49,818 nt of DNA from positions 6,369-56,186 of the forward strand of contig CAZTOB010000001.1 in the NCBI GenBank assembly GCA_964615425.1, in the 5' to 3' direction. The notes beneath the pieces were generated by a model. That model worked only from the letters and a program-made list of their open reading frames with translations, made no database searches and had not been told where the DNA came from. Of the stretch, positions 42,937-49,818 are shown in pieces (position 1 is the stretch's first letter; the number at the start of each line of letters is the position of its first letter). The translations under genes and the position numbers were made by a program. Origin of the DNA: an uncultured Candidatus Saccharibacteria bacterium (lineage in GTDB: Bacteria > Patescibacteriota > Minisyncoccia > Minisyncoccales > CAYTKG01).

Positions 42937-43026
42937 CGAAAAAATTTGAGAATACCTTTCAGCCCTTCCATCGGAGGGGCTGATTTGTTTTTTTGTTCCT
43001 TAGCTCTTTTAAAGGAGGTGAGATAC
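42904..43026 (+). promoter_or_regulatory. Leader copy A: antiterminator arm, terminator hairpin, U-run and strong SD
   Basis: ggagggttgaaaag (42904-42917) can pair with cctttcagcccttcc (42955-42969). That segment alternatively forms the hairpin agcccttcc-atc-ggaggggct (42961-42981), followed by gatttgttttttt. AAGGAGGTGA lies at 43012-43021. Confidence 0.5.
42961..42994 (+). terminator. Terminator-like hairpin of leader copy A
   Basis: A 9-bp stem (one G:U) with a triloop is followed by GATTTGTTTTTTT. Confidence 0.5.
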
Positions 43027-43152
43027 ATGAGTGGGCTCAGGGAGAGGATTGTTTGTCCCGACTGCGGCAGGGTCTACTGCGGAGAAATATGTCCGCAGTG
43101 CGGGCAGACAAAGGAGGAGGCGGCTCAGTCCGCTTCAAAGAAGGGGAGTTGA
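43027..43152 (+). CDS. 41-aa zinc-ribbon micro-protein (two CPxCG knuckles)
   Basis: The ATG lies 5 nt after AAGGAGGTGA. It encodes MSGLRERIVCPDCGRVYCGEICPQCGQTKEEAAQSASKKGS. CPDCG...CPQCG is the classic rubredoxin-type zinc-ribbon signature. Confidence 0.6.
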   Translation: MSGLRERIVCPDCGRVYCGEICPQCGQTKEEAAQSASKKGS

Positions 43153-43168
43153 CTTTTTTCCCCTTAAG

Positions 43169-43196
43169 GGGCGGAGAAGATTAATCTTCTCCGCCC
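43169..43196 (+). other. Perfect 12-bp GC-rich hairpin without a U-tract after the zinc-ribbon ORF
   Basis: ggcggagaaga-ttaa-tcttctccgcc(c) is followed by aaatcaatc. It may be a stability or processing element rather than a canonical terminator. Confidence 0.4.
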
Positions 43197-43210
43197 AAAT
43201 CAATCTAAAA

Positions 43211-43303
43211 ATGAATTTGTTTGAAATAAAAAAATTAGTTAATTTTTTCTTCATCCTTCTTATTGAAGGTCTCTTTATCGTTTTTTTGTTCCGGGAGGGT
43301 TGA
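43211..43303 (+). CDS. Candidate 30-codon hydrophobic mini-ORF (leader peptide or small membrane peptide)
   Basis: ATG 43211 to TGA 43301-43303 encodes MNLFEIKKLVNFFFILLIEGLFIVFLFREG. The stop codon lies inside the 5' arm (ggagggTTGAagaa) of the copy-B antiterminator. Confidence 0.25.
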   Translation: MNLFEIKKLVNFFFILLIEGLFIVFLFREG

Positions 43304-43410
43304 AGAATGGTTTTAAATAAATAAAAACAACTTAAGGTTATTCTTCGGCCCTTCCATCGGAAGGGCTGATTTGTTTTTTGTTCCTTAGTTTCTTAAAGGA
43401 GGTGAGAAGG
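43294..43410 (+). promoter_or_regulatory. Leader copy B: antiterminator arm, terminator hairpin, U-run and strong SD
   Basis: ggagggttgaagaa (43294-43307) can pair with ttcttcggcccttcc (43341-43355). That segment alternatively forms ggcccttcc-atc-ggaagggct (43347-43367), followed by gatttgtttttt. AAGGAGGTGA lies at 43396-43405. Confidence 0.5.
43347..43379 (+). terminator. Terminator-like hairpin of leader copy B
   Basis: A 9-bp stem with the same ATC triloop is followed by GATTTGTTTTTT. Confidence 0.5.
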
Positions 43411-43521
43411 ATGTTCAAGATCATGGTGCCTAAGAAGAAAAAGGAGAAGAAGAAAAAGGAAGAGAATTCTTCCAAGAAAGTTTCTTCTCCTACACCTAAG
43501 GGGGTTAATATCTCTCCTTAG
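43411..43521 (+). CDS. Candidate 36-aa lysine-rich micro-protein
   Basis: The ATG lies 5 nt after AAGGAGGTGA. It encodes MFKIMVPKKKKEKKKKEENSSKKVSSPTPKGVNISP and is followed by a strong terminator. Confidence 0.4.
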   Translation: MFKIMVPKKKKEKKKKEENSSKKVSSPTPKGVNISP

Positions 43522-43537
43522 GAAAGCTCTTTTACGA

Positions 43538-43566
43538 GAAGGGGGAAGCCCCCCTTCTTTTTTATT
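43538..43566 (+). terminator. Intrinsic terminator closing the micro-ORF region
   Basis: gaaggggg-aagc-cccccttc is followed by ttttttattt. Confidence 0.75.
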
Positions 43567-43578
43567 TGATGATTTTTT

Positions 43579-43587
43579 TGGTAAAAT
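43579..43587 (+). promoter_or_regulatory. Extended -10 box TGGTAAAAT upstream of the permease gene
   Basis: tggtaaaat ends 17 nt before the ATG at 43604. Confidence 0.3.
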
Positions 43588-43603
43588 TAGACAGAGTGAA
43601 AAA

Positions 43604-44755
43604 ATGAAAGTGTTTAAAAAAATATTTGAAAATAAAAAGTGGAAAGCGGTTGCTACTTTGGTGGGAACAACCATAGGGGCCGGGATGTTCGGCCTCCCTT
43701 ATGTTGTAGTCAGGGTTGGTTTTCCATTAGGCTTTCTTTACCTTCTTTTTTTAGGAGGAGTTGTTTTGTTTTTAAACCTTGCTTACGGGGAGGTGATACT
43801 TAGAACGCCGGGAGATCATCAGTTCAGTGGTTATTTAAATTTTTATTTAAAGCCGAAGGAGCATATTTTACGTTTCGCCGAGCTGGTCAGTTTTTTCATC
43901 TCTGCCTATGGAGCTCTTCTTGCTTACCTGGTTAAGGTGGGGGATTTTTCAGTTCTTCTTTTCGGAAGAAGGGGTCCTGATTTTTACAGCTTGTTGTTTT
44001 TTGCTTTGGCGGCTGTTGCTCTTCATTTTGGATTGCGGTGGGTTTCTTTTTTTGACTTTATGGCGGTTTTTTTAATTTTTTTAGTTTTAGGAGGCCTTTT
44101 TATTTTTAACTTTTCACATATTAATCCGGAGATTTTAAAAAAGATTGATTTCGGGTTTTTCTTTTTACCCTACGGAGTTATTTTATTTGCTTTAAACGGG
44201 AGTTCGGTTATTCCTGAGATGGAAGAGGTTTTAAGAAAAAAACATGGAAAATTAAAAAGCGCCGTAGTGATAGGGACACTGATCCCTCTTGTTGTTTATT
44301 TTGTTTTCGTTGGTTTAGTGGGAGGAATCTGCGGAGAAAGTGTTTCTCCCGACTCCGTTTCCTGCCTGCCCGGCATTCTTCCTTCTTGGGCGGTCAGCCT
44401 TACTGCTTTTTTAGGAATTTTGACTATGAGCAGTTCTTTTGTAAGTTTTTCTTATGTTTTAAGAGAGCGTTGGCATCGGGATTACAAGTTTCCTAAATTT
44501 TGGTCTTTTGTTTTGGTTCTTTTTCCTCCTCTTGCTCTTTTCTTCTTGGGGGTCAGGGATTTTTTGGGAATAATAGAGTTTAGTGGGGCTGTTTCAATCG
44601 GGCTGATCGGAATTCTTATTCTTCTTATGCACAAAAGAGCCAAGTCGCTGGGCAAAAGAGAGCCGGTTTACAAACTAAAAATCCCTTTAAAGGTTCGTTG
44701 GCTGCTTGTTTTTGTTTTTATAAGTGGGGCGGTTCTTTCTTTACTTTTTAATTAA
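43604..44755 (+). CDS. Amino-acid permease-like transporter (about 11 TM helices)
   Basis: The N-terminal KWKAVATLVGTTIGAGMFGLPYVV is typical of amino-acid/aromatic amino-acid permease families. The protein is hydrophobic throughout. Confidence 0.55.
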   Translation: MKVFKKIFENKKWKAVATLVGTTIGAGMFGLPYVVVRVGFPLGFLYLLFLGGVVLFLNLAYGEVILRTPGDHQFSGYLNFYLKPKEHILRFAELVSFFISAYGALLAYLVKVGDFSVLLFGRRGPDFYSLLFFALAAVALHFGLRWVSFFDFMAVFLIFLVLGGLFIFNFSHINPEILKKIDFGFFFLPYGVILFALNGSSVIPEMEEVLRKKHGKLKSAVVIGTLIPLVVYFVFVGLVGGICGESVSPDSVSCLPGILPSWAVSLTAFLGILTMSSSFVSFSYVLRERWHRDYKFPKFWSFVLVLFPPLALFFLGVRDFLGIIEFSGAVSIGLIGILILLMHKRAKSLGKREPVYKLKIPLKVRWLLVFVFISGAVLSLLFN

Positions 44756-44760
44756 AAATA

Positions 44761-45597
44761 ATGACCGGTAAAAATTTTTCAAGGTGGTTTCTGATTTTAA
44801 TTGGATTTGTCTTTTTGTTTTTCATTTGGGTTCGTTTTGTGGAACCCAACGTTTTATCCCTTGAGGAGTTGGAGTTTAGCTTTAGTACTTTCCCGAACGA
44901 AGAAATTACCATTCTTCATTTGAGCGATCTTCATTCTTTTGGATACGGAGAAAAAGAAAAAAAATTAGTTAACGCAGCTAAAAGGTTGGATCCCGACTTT
45001 ATTTTTATTACAGGAGACCTTATTGACTGGAGAACGTCAGATTTTGAAGACTGCGCTCTGTTTTGGCGAGATCTAAGCGAGAATTTTGAAGGGCGAGTTT
45101 TTGCTGTTTACGGTAACCACGAACATAAAAATCCGGTCTTTAGCCGGATAGGACCCGCCTTGGAGAAAAGCGGGATAAGAGTTTTGGTAAACGAAAGGAT
45201 AAAAATTGAGCTGGAAAGAGGCGGTTATTTTTATCTTTTGGGAGTGGATGATCCGCGTTTGGGACATGACAACGTTTCAGAAACATTTGTTGACCCTTAT
45301 ATCCCCGGGCCTAAAATTCTTTTAGCTCATTCTCCTGAGATTTTTAGAAAAGTGAAGAAAAAAGAAGTCGACTTGGTTTTAGTCGGGCATACTCACGGTT
45401 GTCAAATTAACGTGCCGATCATCCGAGAGTGGTTTCTGCCTCTGGCATATGACAAAAGGTATAAGCAGGGGCTTTTTGAAGAGAGCGGGACTTATCTTTA
45501 TGTCAACCGGGGAGTGGGGGAAACCTATCTTCCTTTCCGTTTCAACTCCTTTCCTGAGGTAACCTTGATCACCATAAACAAAGAGTCGGACCCTTAA
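44761..45597 (+). CDS. Membrane-anchored calcineurin-like metallophosphoesterase
   Basis: An N-terminal TM helix is followed by the motifs LHLSDLHS, ITGDLID, VYGNHE, LLAHSP and VGHTHG. Confidence 0.8.
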   Translation: MTGKNFSRWFLILIGFVFLFFIWVRFVEPNVLSLEELEFSFSTFPNEEITILHLSDLHSFGYGEKEKKLVNAAKRLDPDFIFITGDLIDWRTSDFEDCALFWRDLSENFEGRVFAVYGNHEHKNPVFSRIGPALEKSGIRVLVNERIKIELERGGYFYLLGVDDPRLGHDNVSETFVDPYIPGPKILLAHSPEIFRKVKKKEVDLVLVGHTHGCQINVPIIREWFLPLAYDKRYKQGLFEESGTYLYVNRGVGETYLPFRFNSFPEVTLITINKESDP

Positions 45598-45602
45598 ATT
45601 TT

Positions 45603-46622
45603 TTAATTTGGCTTCCAGGTTATCGCCTTTTCTTCTATTTCGAAATTGCCGGGGAGGAATTTTTCTATAATTTCCATGTTTGTTTCGGCGTGATTTGTAA
45701 TGCGGGAGGGCTTTATAATGCTTTTTTTATTAGACAAAGCCATGTAGGGTAAGAGCTGGTCGGTTGTATGTTGATCAACACAACCTTTTGACTTTATTTC
45801 TTTTAAAAAACTGGCGGCTGCCTCTTCACCTACTTTTTCTGCTGACTTTCCCATTTTTCCTAAGTTGTCAATTCCTAAAATAGTTTCTTCGAGCTCTGCT
45901 ATAATATTTATTACACTTCCCGTGCTTTCAGACTCTGCGTAATCTATTTTTTCCTCAAAAGGCAGATTCAATCTGCCTAAAATTTGTTTCACCCCCGAGA
46001 TTTGTCTTTCAGCCACCCTTTTTTCTTTTAGGTCTTTTGAGGCTCGAGAAATGATTTTCAAGGTTTTCATCTCTCCTCTTTTTTTAATCTTTATCGGCTT
46101 TATTTTCCCTGGAAAGAGAAATGCTTTAACTTGTGCTTTCCCCTTGGGATAAAACCCTCTTTTTTTGGTTTCGATTTTGACTTTTACTCCGTGTTTTTTC
46201 AGGATTTTTAAGAAAACGAGGTTGAAATGATCTAAGCTGGGTGAAAAGAAAGTGTCTGTTGCTCCTCCGTTGAAAGTGATCTTGACCGGTTTTTTTAGAA
46301 CTAAAGCAAGAGGAAGGATTCCCTGCAAGATGAGAGTAATGCTTCCCGCCGTTTCTATTTTAATTTTTAAATCTCTCGGCTGAAGGTAAACGGGAGTAAA
46401 AGTAATCTCTTGGGAGCCGAGCTTGACTCCTTCGGTTTCAGCTCTTGTCAGGGCAGCAAGGGCCTTAATTGTTTTAAGGTGAGATCTTTTAAGTCCCGGG
46501 CTTTTTCTCCCTGCCCTTATTTTTGTAATCCGGCATGGTTTTTGAGTCACCGCCGAGAGGCTTGCAGCGGTTCTTAGAATTTGCCCTCCCCCTTCTTTTA
46601 GGTTGCCGTTTATTTCAATCAT
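45603..46622 (-). CDS. rtcA: RNA 3'-terminal phosphate cyclase RtcA (start trimmed to ATG 46622)
   Basis: MIEINGNLKEGGGQILRTAASLSAVTQKPCRITKIRAGRKSPGLKRSHL is the canonical RtcA N-terminus. A His-containing active-site region (CVDQHTTDQL) is also present. The 44 upstream codons would overlap greA. Confidence 0.85.
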   Translation of the reverse strand: MIEINGNLKEGGGQILRTAASLSAVTQKPCRITKIRAGRKSPGLKRSHLKTIKALAALTRAETEGVKLGSQEITFTPVYLQPRDLKIKIETAGSITLILQGILPLALVLKKPVKITFNGGATDTFFSPSLDHFNLVFLKILKKHGVKVKIETKKRGFYPKGKAQVKAFLFPGKIKPIKIKKRGEMKTLKIISRASKDLKEKRVAERQISGVKQILGRLNLPFEEKIDYAESESTGSVINIIAELEETILGIDNLGKMGKSAEKVGEEAAASFLKEIKSKGCVDQHTTDQLLPYMALSNKKSIIKPSRITNHAETNMEIIEKFLPGNFEIEEKAITWKPN

Positions 46623-46651
46623 ATTTGTTTTATCATAACATATTTTTATGC

Positions 46652-46680
46652 TTGACAGAGGGGTGAGGATGCTTGATAAT
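46652..46680 (+). promoter_or_regulatory. Candidate promoter (TTGACA - 17 nt - GATAAT) for greA
   Basis: ttgaca is at 46652-46657 and gataat at 46675-46680, in the rtcA-greA divergent spacer. Confidence 0.35.
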
Positions 46681-46703
46681 GAACTAAGATTATTTTTCTC
46701 CTT

Positions 46704-47186
46704 ATGATGATTTGCAAGAAAAAATATTACCTTACTGAAGAAGGCTTGAAACAAGCAAAAAAGAAGTTAAAAGAGATTGAAAAAGAAAAAATGAAGTTGA
46801 TTAAGGAAAGATCTCCCGAAAAGCAGGATTACGGCGAGGCGGATATCGAATACGTAAAATATCAGGAAGACATGGAAGCGGTTGAAAAAAAGATCTACAA
46901 GTTGGGGTGCATTTTGGATAACTACGAGTTGATTAAAAAACCCTCCAAAGAAAAAAGAGACAAAGTTCACTTGGGCGCTACTGTGGTTGTGGAGGGCAGC
47001 GGTCAGGTGGACGAATTCACCATTACGGGTAGTTTCGAGGCGGATCCTCTTTCCGGAAAGATAAGTAATAGGTCGCCCGTTGGCGAGGCTCTTTTAGGGA
47101 AAAGAGTAGGGGAAGAGGTTGAAGTTGAAACACCCATGATCAAGCAAAATTACAAGATTTTAAAAATAAGTTATGACAAACTTTAA
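46704..47186 (+). CDS. greA: Transcription elongation factor GreA
   Basis: It has an N-terminal coiled coil (LTEEGLKQAKKKLKEIEKEK). The C-terminal FKBP-like domain reads GATVVVEG...DEFTITGSFEADPLSGKISNRSPVGEALLGKRVGEEVEVETP. Confidence 0.8.
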   Translation: MMICKKKYYLTEEGLKQAKKKLKEIEKEKMKLIKERSPEKQDYGEADIEYVKYQEDMEAVEKKIYKLGCILDNYELIKKPSKEKRDKVHLGATVVVEGSGQVDEFTITGSFEADPLSGKISNRSPVGEALLGKRVGEEVEVETPMIKQNYKILKISYDKL

Positions 47187-48501
47187 AAACTTCGACTTTG
47201 ATAAAAGTGTTTTAACCGATGAGGAAAAAAAAGTTTTGCATCATTTGAAAGAAGCAGCGCGGAAGGTGGCACCGCTTTATGAAAAACAAAAAAAACCAGG
47301 GGAAAAGAGAGCTGCTTTTTACCCTGAAAATGTTTCAAAGGAAAAAATTGAAAAACAGGCTGAAAAAAATTCTAATCTTTTGGGTCCTTACACTTTTGTA
47401 GAAGAAAAAAACGGGAAGCTTAAGGCGGTGAAATTTAAGGACCGTTTTAAAAAAGAGTTGAAAGAAATTCGCAGGGAAATAGATAAAGCAGCCAAAGCTT
47501 CTTCTAACAAAGAGTTTAAAAACTATTTGAAAGAGATGGGTAAAAGTTTGCTGCAGGATGATTACGCCAGAAACGAAATGCTTTGGGTGACAAGCCCTCT
47601 TTTTAAGTTCAGTTTTATAATCGGTCCTATTGAAAGATACTTGGACCGTCTTTTTTTTAAAAAGTGTGCTTATCAAAGCTGGCTGGGGGTGATCGATGAG
47701 GAAAGAACCAAAGAAGCCGAAAAATTCAAACAAATTATTCTGGCGGCGAGAAGAAAGATTTTATCAGACGCCCCCAAGGTGCGCGTTCCTTCTTTGAGAG
47801 TAGAGGTTAACAAAACGGTTTGTTTTGCCGGCCTTATCGCCGATAACATGTTTACGGGGACCAACCTTCCCAACAGTATGGAGTTAATGGAGAAGAGGGG
47901 ATCCAAGTTGACTATTTTTTCCGGTTCTTTGAGGGAAAAATTTGAAAAAGATCAGCTTCCTGTTTTTAAAAAAATCTTCCCCGAAAAAATAAAAAAAGAG
48001 TATTCAGAGGATGAGTTGTATGAGGGAACCTTGCGTTGCATTCTTTTGCACGAGATAAGTCACTCTTTGATACGTTATGAAGATGCAGAGGAGAGGTTGG
48101 GCTCGATTTTTCCCGTTTTTGATGAAGCCCTAGCTTATATCCTAGGAATAAAAGCCTGCGGCCATCTCATCTTTAAAAAGGTTTTAACCCAGAAAGAATT
48201 AAGAAGCATCTTGCTGCTTCATATTGTTCGCAACTTTGTTTGGTACCAGGATTTTAAGGAAAATTCACAGGTAGAAGATTATGCCCGGGGGGCGGCGTTG
48301 ACTCAAAGATTTTACGAACAGAGCGGAGCCTTGTGGCTGGATGAAAAAGGAAAGGTGAACGTTGATTTTAAAAAGCTTTTTTCTGCCGTTGAAAAACTTT
48401 CCGGTGTTCTTGAACATTATTTATCCAGTGGAAATCTGAAAGAAGCGGAAAATTTTGTTAAAAGCCAGGCTGGCTTTGAAGTGTTCGATAAATATTTTTA
48501 A
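47173..48501 (+). CDS. Putative zinc metallopeptidase (HExxH)
   Basis: LLHEISHSL (HExxH) is followed by a downstream acidic candidate third ligand (FDEALAY). I did not recognise the family. Confidence 0.45.
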   Translation: MTNFKNFDFDKSVLTDEEKKVLHHLKEAARKVAPLYEKQKKPGEKRAAFYPENVSKEKIEKQAEKNSNLLGPYTFVEEKNGKLKAVKFKDRFKKELKEIRREIDKAAKASSNKEFKNYLKEMGKSLLQDDYARNEMLWVTSPLFKFSFIIGPIERYLDRLFFKKCAYQSWLGVIDEERTKEAEKFKQIILAARRKILSDAPKVRVPSLRVEVNKTVCFAGLIADNMFTGTNLPNSMELMEKRGSKLTIFSGSLREKFEKDQLPVFKKIFPEKIKKEYSEDELYEGTLRCILLHEISHSLIRYEDAEERLGSIFPVFDEALAYILGIKACGHLIFKKVLTQKELRSILLLHIVRNFVWYQDFKENSQVEDYARGAALTQRFYEQSGALWLDEKGKVNVDFKKLFSAVEKLSGVLEHYLSSGNLKEAENFVKSQAGFEVFDKYF

Positions 48502-48515
48502 TTTTAAAAACAAAT

Positions 48516-49493
48516 ATGAAGTTTGATTTTATTACCTTCGGCTCTGGTACGCTTGATATTTTTCTAAAGACCGATAAATTTCTAATTGAAAACAAAAAAA
48601 GATTTCAAAGTGGAAAATCGATTTGTTTCCCCTTTTCTTCGAAAGTTGATTTGGAATCGGTTGATTTTTCCTCCGGAGGGGGAGGAACCAATACGGCTGC
48701 TTCTTTGGTGCTTCAAGGGTTTAAAGTCGCCTACTGCGGGTCAGTGGGAGATGATTTTGCTGGCGGAAAAGTTTTGGAGGCTTTGGAAAAACTTAGTGTA
48801 GACACCTCTTTGGTTCAAAAAACTGACAAGGCGCCGACTAATCTTTCCGTCATTTTTTCTCAGAAAAATGAAAGAACTTGTTTTGTTTGGCGGGGAGCTT
48901 CGGAATGTTTGGATTGGGAAAAAGTAAACAAAAAAAAGTTGGAGGCGAAATGGTTTTATCTTGCTCCTTTGTCGGGTAGATTAGCTCCCCTTTCTTCGAA
49001 ACTTATGGATTTCGCTCACAACAAAGGAATGAAGGTTTTTGCCAATCCGGGCAATAGTCAGATAAAGATGGGCCTTGAAAAACTTGACCCCCTCTTGAAA
49101 CGTTCCGAGGTGATTCTTTTAAATCAGGAAGAAGCCTCTCTTCTTACCGGCGTTTCTTACAAAAAAGAAAAGGAGGTTTTTAAAAAAATGGATGAACTGG
49201 TGGATGGACTGGCCATTATGACTAAGGGAAAAGAAGGGGTGGTCGCTTCAGACGGTGATTATTTATGGCGGGCGGACGTTTTACCGGCGGAGGTTGTGGA
49301 AAAAACGGGAGCCGGGGACTCTTTTGGAGCTGGTTTTGTAGGAGGGTTTGTTGAAAAAGAAAATGTGGAATATGCGCTTCAGAAAGGAGTAGCTAATTCT
49401 GCCGCTTGTATTTCCAAAAGAGGGGCTAAAAACGGTCTTTTGAAAAAGAGGGACGAATGGAAAAGAGTGAAGGTGGGAAAAAAGAAGTTGTGA
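48516..49493 (+). CDS. PfkB-family carbohydrate/ribokinase-like kinase
   Basis: It has an N-terminal GG dipeptide region (SSGGGGTNTA), the C-terminal signature EKTGAGDSFGAGFVGG, and an anion-hole motif. Confidence 0.8.
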   Translation: MKFDFITFGSGTLDIFLKTDKFLIENKKRFQSGKSICFPFSSKVDLESVDFSSGGGGTNTAASLVLQGFKVAYCGSVGDDFAGGKVLEALEKLSVDTSLVQKTDKAPTNLSVIFSQKNERTCFVWRGASECLDWEKVNKKKLEAKWFYLAPLSGRLAPLSSKLMDFAHNKGMKVFANPGNSQIKMGLEKLDPLLKRSEVILLNQEEASLLTGVSYKKEKEVFKKMDELVDGLAIMTKGKEGVVASDGDYLWRADVLPAEVVEKTGAGDSFGAGFVGGFVEKENVEYALQKGVANSAACISKRGAKNGLLKKRDEWKRVKVGKKKL

Positions 49494-49544
49494 CAATTAA
49501 AACGTTTTTTATGTTAAAACAAAAAAATGACAAGATTGGAAAAA

Positions 49545-49818
49545 GATGCATCTTTTAGAAAAAATTAAAAACTTTTTTTCTCAACCGGACAACAAATTTT
49601 TAATTGAAAAAACTTTATTTCTCTTTTTAGGGGCACTTTTTTTAGGAAGTATTTTCTTTTTAGGTAAAAGTTATCTTGGGTTTGAAGGCGAAATGTTAAC
49701 GGCCGGTCTTTTTGATTTCTTAAAGAAAGACTCCCCGTCCGCCGCCCGCCAGGAAGACAATTGTTTGAATGATTCTAACTGCACCGAGTTTTTTTATGAT
49801 GGAGGCGGAGGGAGGATA
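49545..49818 (+). CDS. Hypothetical membrane/secreted protein, 3'-truncated by the window edge
   Basis: The ATG at 49545 opens MHLLEKIKNFFSQPDNKFLIEKTLFLFLGALFLGSIFFLGKSYLGFEGEM..., with no stop before position 49818. It is absent from the track because it is open-ended. Confidence 0.4.

Noticed and set aside
43169-43196. 12-bp GC-rich hairpin after the zinc-ribbon ORF as a rho-independent terminator.
   Set aside because: No U-tract follows on either strand. It is kept only as a possible stabiliser or processing hairpin, which implies that the two micro-ORF modules may be co-transcribed.
42993-43303. 63-aa (42993-43184) and 90-aa (43031-43303) ORFs overlapping the zinc-ribbon ORF, and the 68-aa TTG-extended version (42946-43152).
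   Set aside because: The Arg/Gly-rich translations are what a GC-rich segment gives in wrong frames. The CPxCG...CPxCG frame, with an ATG 5 nt after AAGGAGGTGA, is the only one with a recognisable fold signature. The TTG extension would translate through the terminator hairpin and the SD.
42957-43410. Duplicated element as a mini CRISPR array or MITE.
   Set aside because: There are only two copies, about 390 nt apart. There are no terminal inverted repeats or target-site duplications, and no cas or transposase genes in the window. Each copy ends in an SD plus start codon, which fits a cis-regulatory leader better.
43393-43674. 93-aa minus-strand ORF spanning the Lys-rich micro-ORF and the permease start.
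   Set aside because: It crosses a strong intrinsic terminator and the permease promoter and start. It is a low-complexity Leu/Phe/Arg translation of the antisense of a poly-Lys-coding stretch.
46623-46754. 44-codon N-terminal extension of rtcA in the ORF track.
   Set aside because: The canonical RtcA N-terminus (MIEINGN..GGGQILR) begins at the ATG at 46622. The extension would overlap greA and its candidate promoter.
1-49818. Alternative genetic code with UGA reassigned, as occurs in some CPR lineages.
   Set aside because: Well-conserved genes (for example the methyltransferase at 5459-5461, polX at 31896-31898 and the pilin-like pair) terminate at TGA at their expected full length. No conserved protein shows an in-frame TGA.

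Overview
AT-rich, almost gap-free bacterial window that uses the standard genetic code: conserved genes end at TGA at full length. Gene content and style suggest a small-genome Patescibacteria/CPR-like organism, but that is inference only. Most of the window is housekeeping: gyrA, tsaD, recG, ligA, a SEDS protein, polX, infC-rpmI-rplT, smpB plus tmRNA, ileS, recO, glyQS, greA, rtcA and five tRNAs. Four things stand out. (1) gyrA is interrupted by a 402-codon intein directly after the catalytic Tyr. (2) An 11-kb secretin-less type IV pilus locus at 15.1-26.0 kb encodes pilMNO, pilB, an embedded CheY-like receiver, pilT, pilC, two major-pilin paralogues, pilD and four minor pilins. (3) Two tandem TrbC/VirB2-like small pilin genes are translationally coupled to a methyltransferase. 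(4) The only sizeable non-annotated gap (42.8-43.6 kb) holds two copies of a conserved leader. Each copy has a terminator hairpin, an alternative antiterminator pairing supported by compensatory differences between the copies, and a strong SD. Each drives a different micro-ORF and each is preceded by a ~30-codon hydrophobic mini-ORF. I consider (4) the best candidate for an undescribed regulatory or small-protein system. Other notable items are a glycine T-box leader, an orphan EncFtn-like ferritin, an archaeal-style tRNA-Arg(GCG), a likely non-AUG infC start 17 nt downstream of the tmRNA 3' end, and recurrent TGnTAnAAT extended -10 boxes placed 7-9 nt from start codons. I saw no rRNA, CRISPR array, transposase or prophage genes. 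All calls come from reading the sequence and ORF translations by eye. No database search was run.
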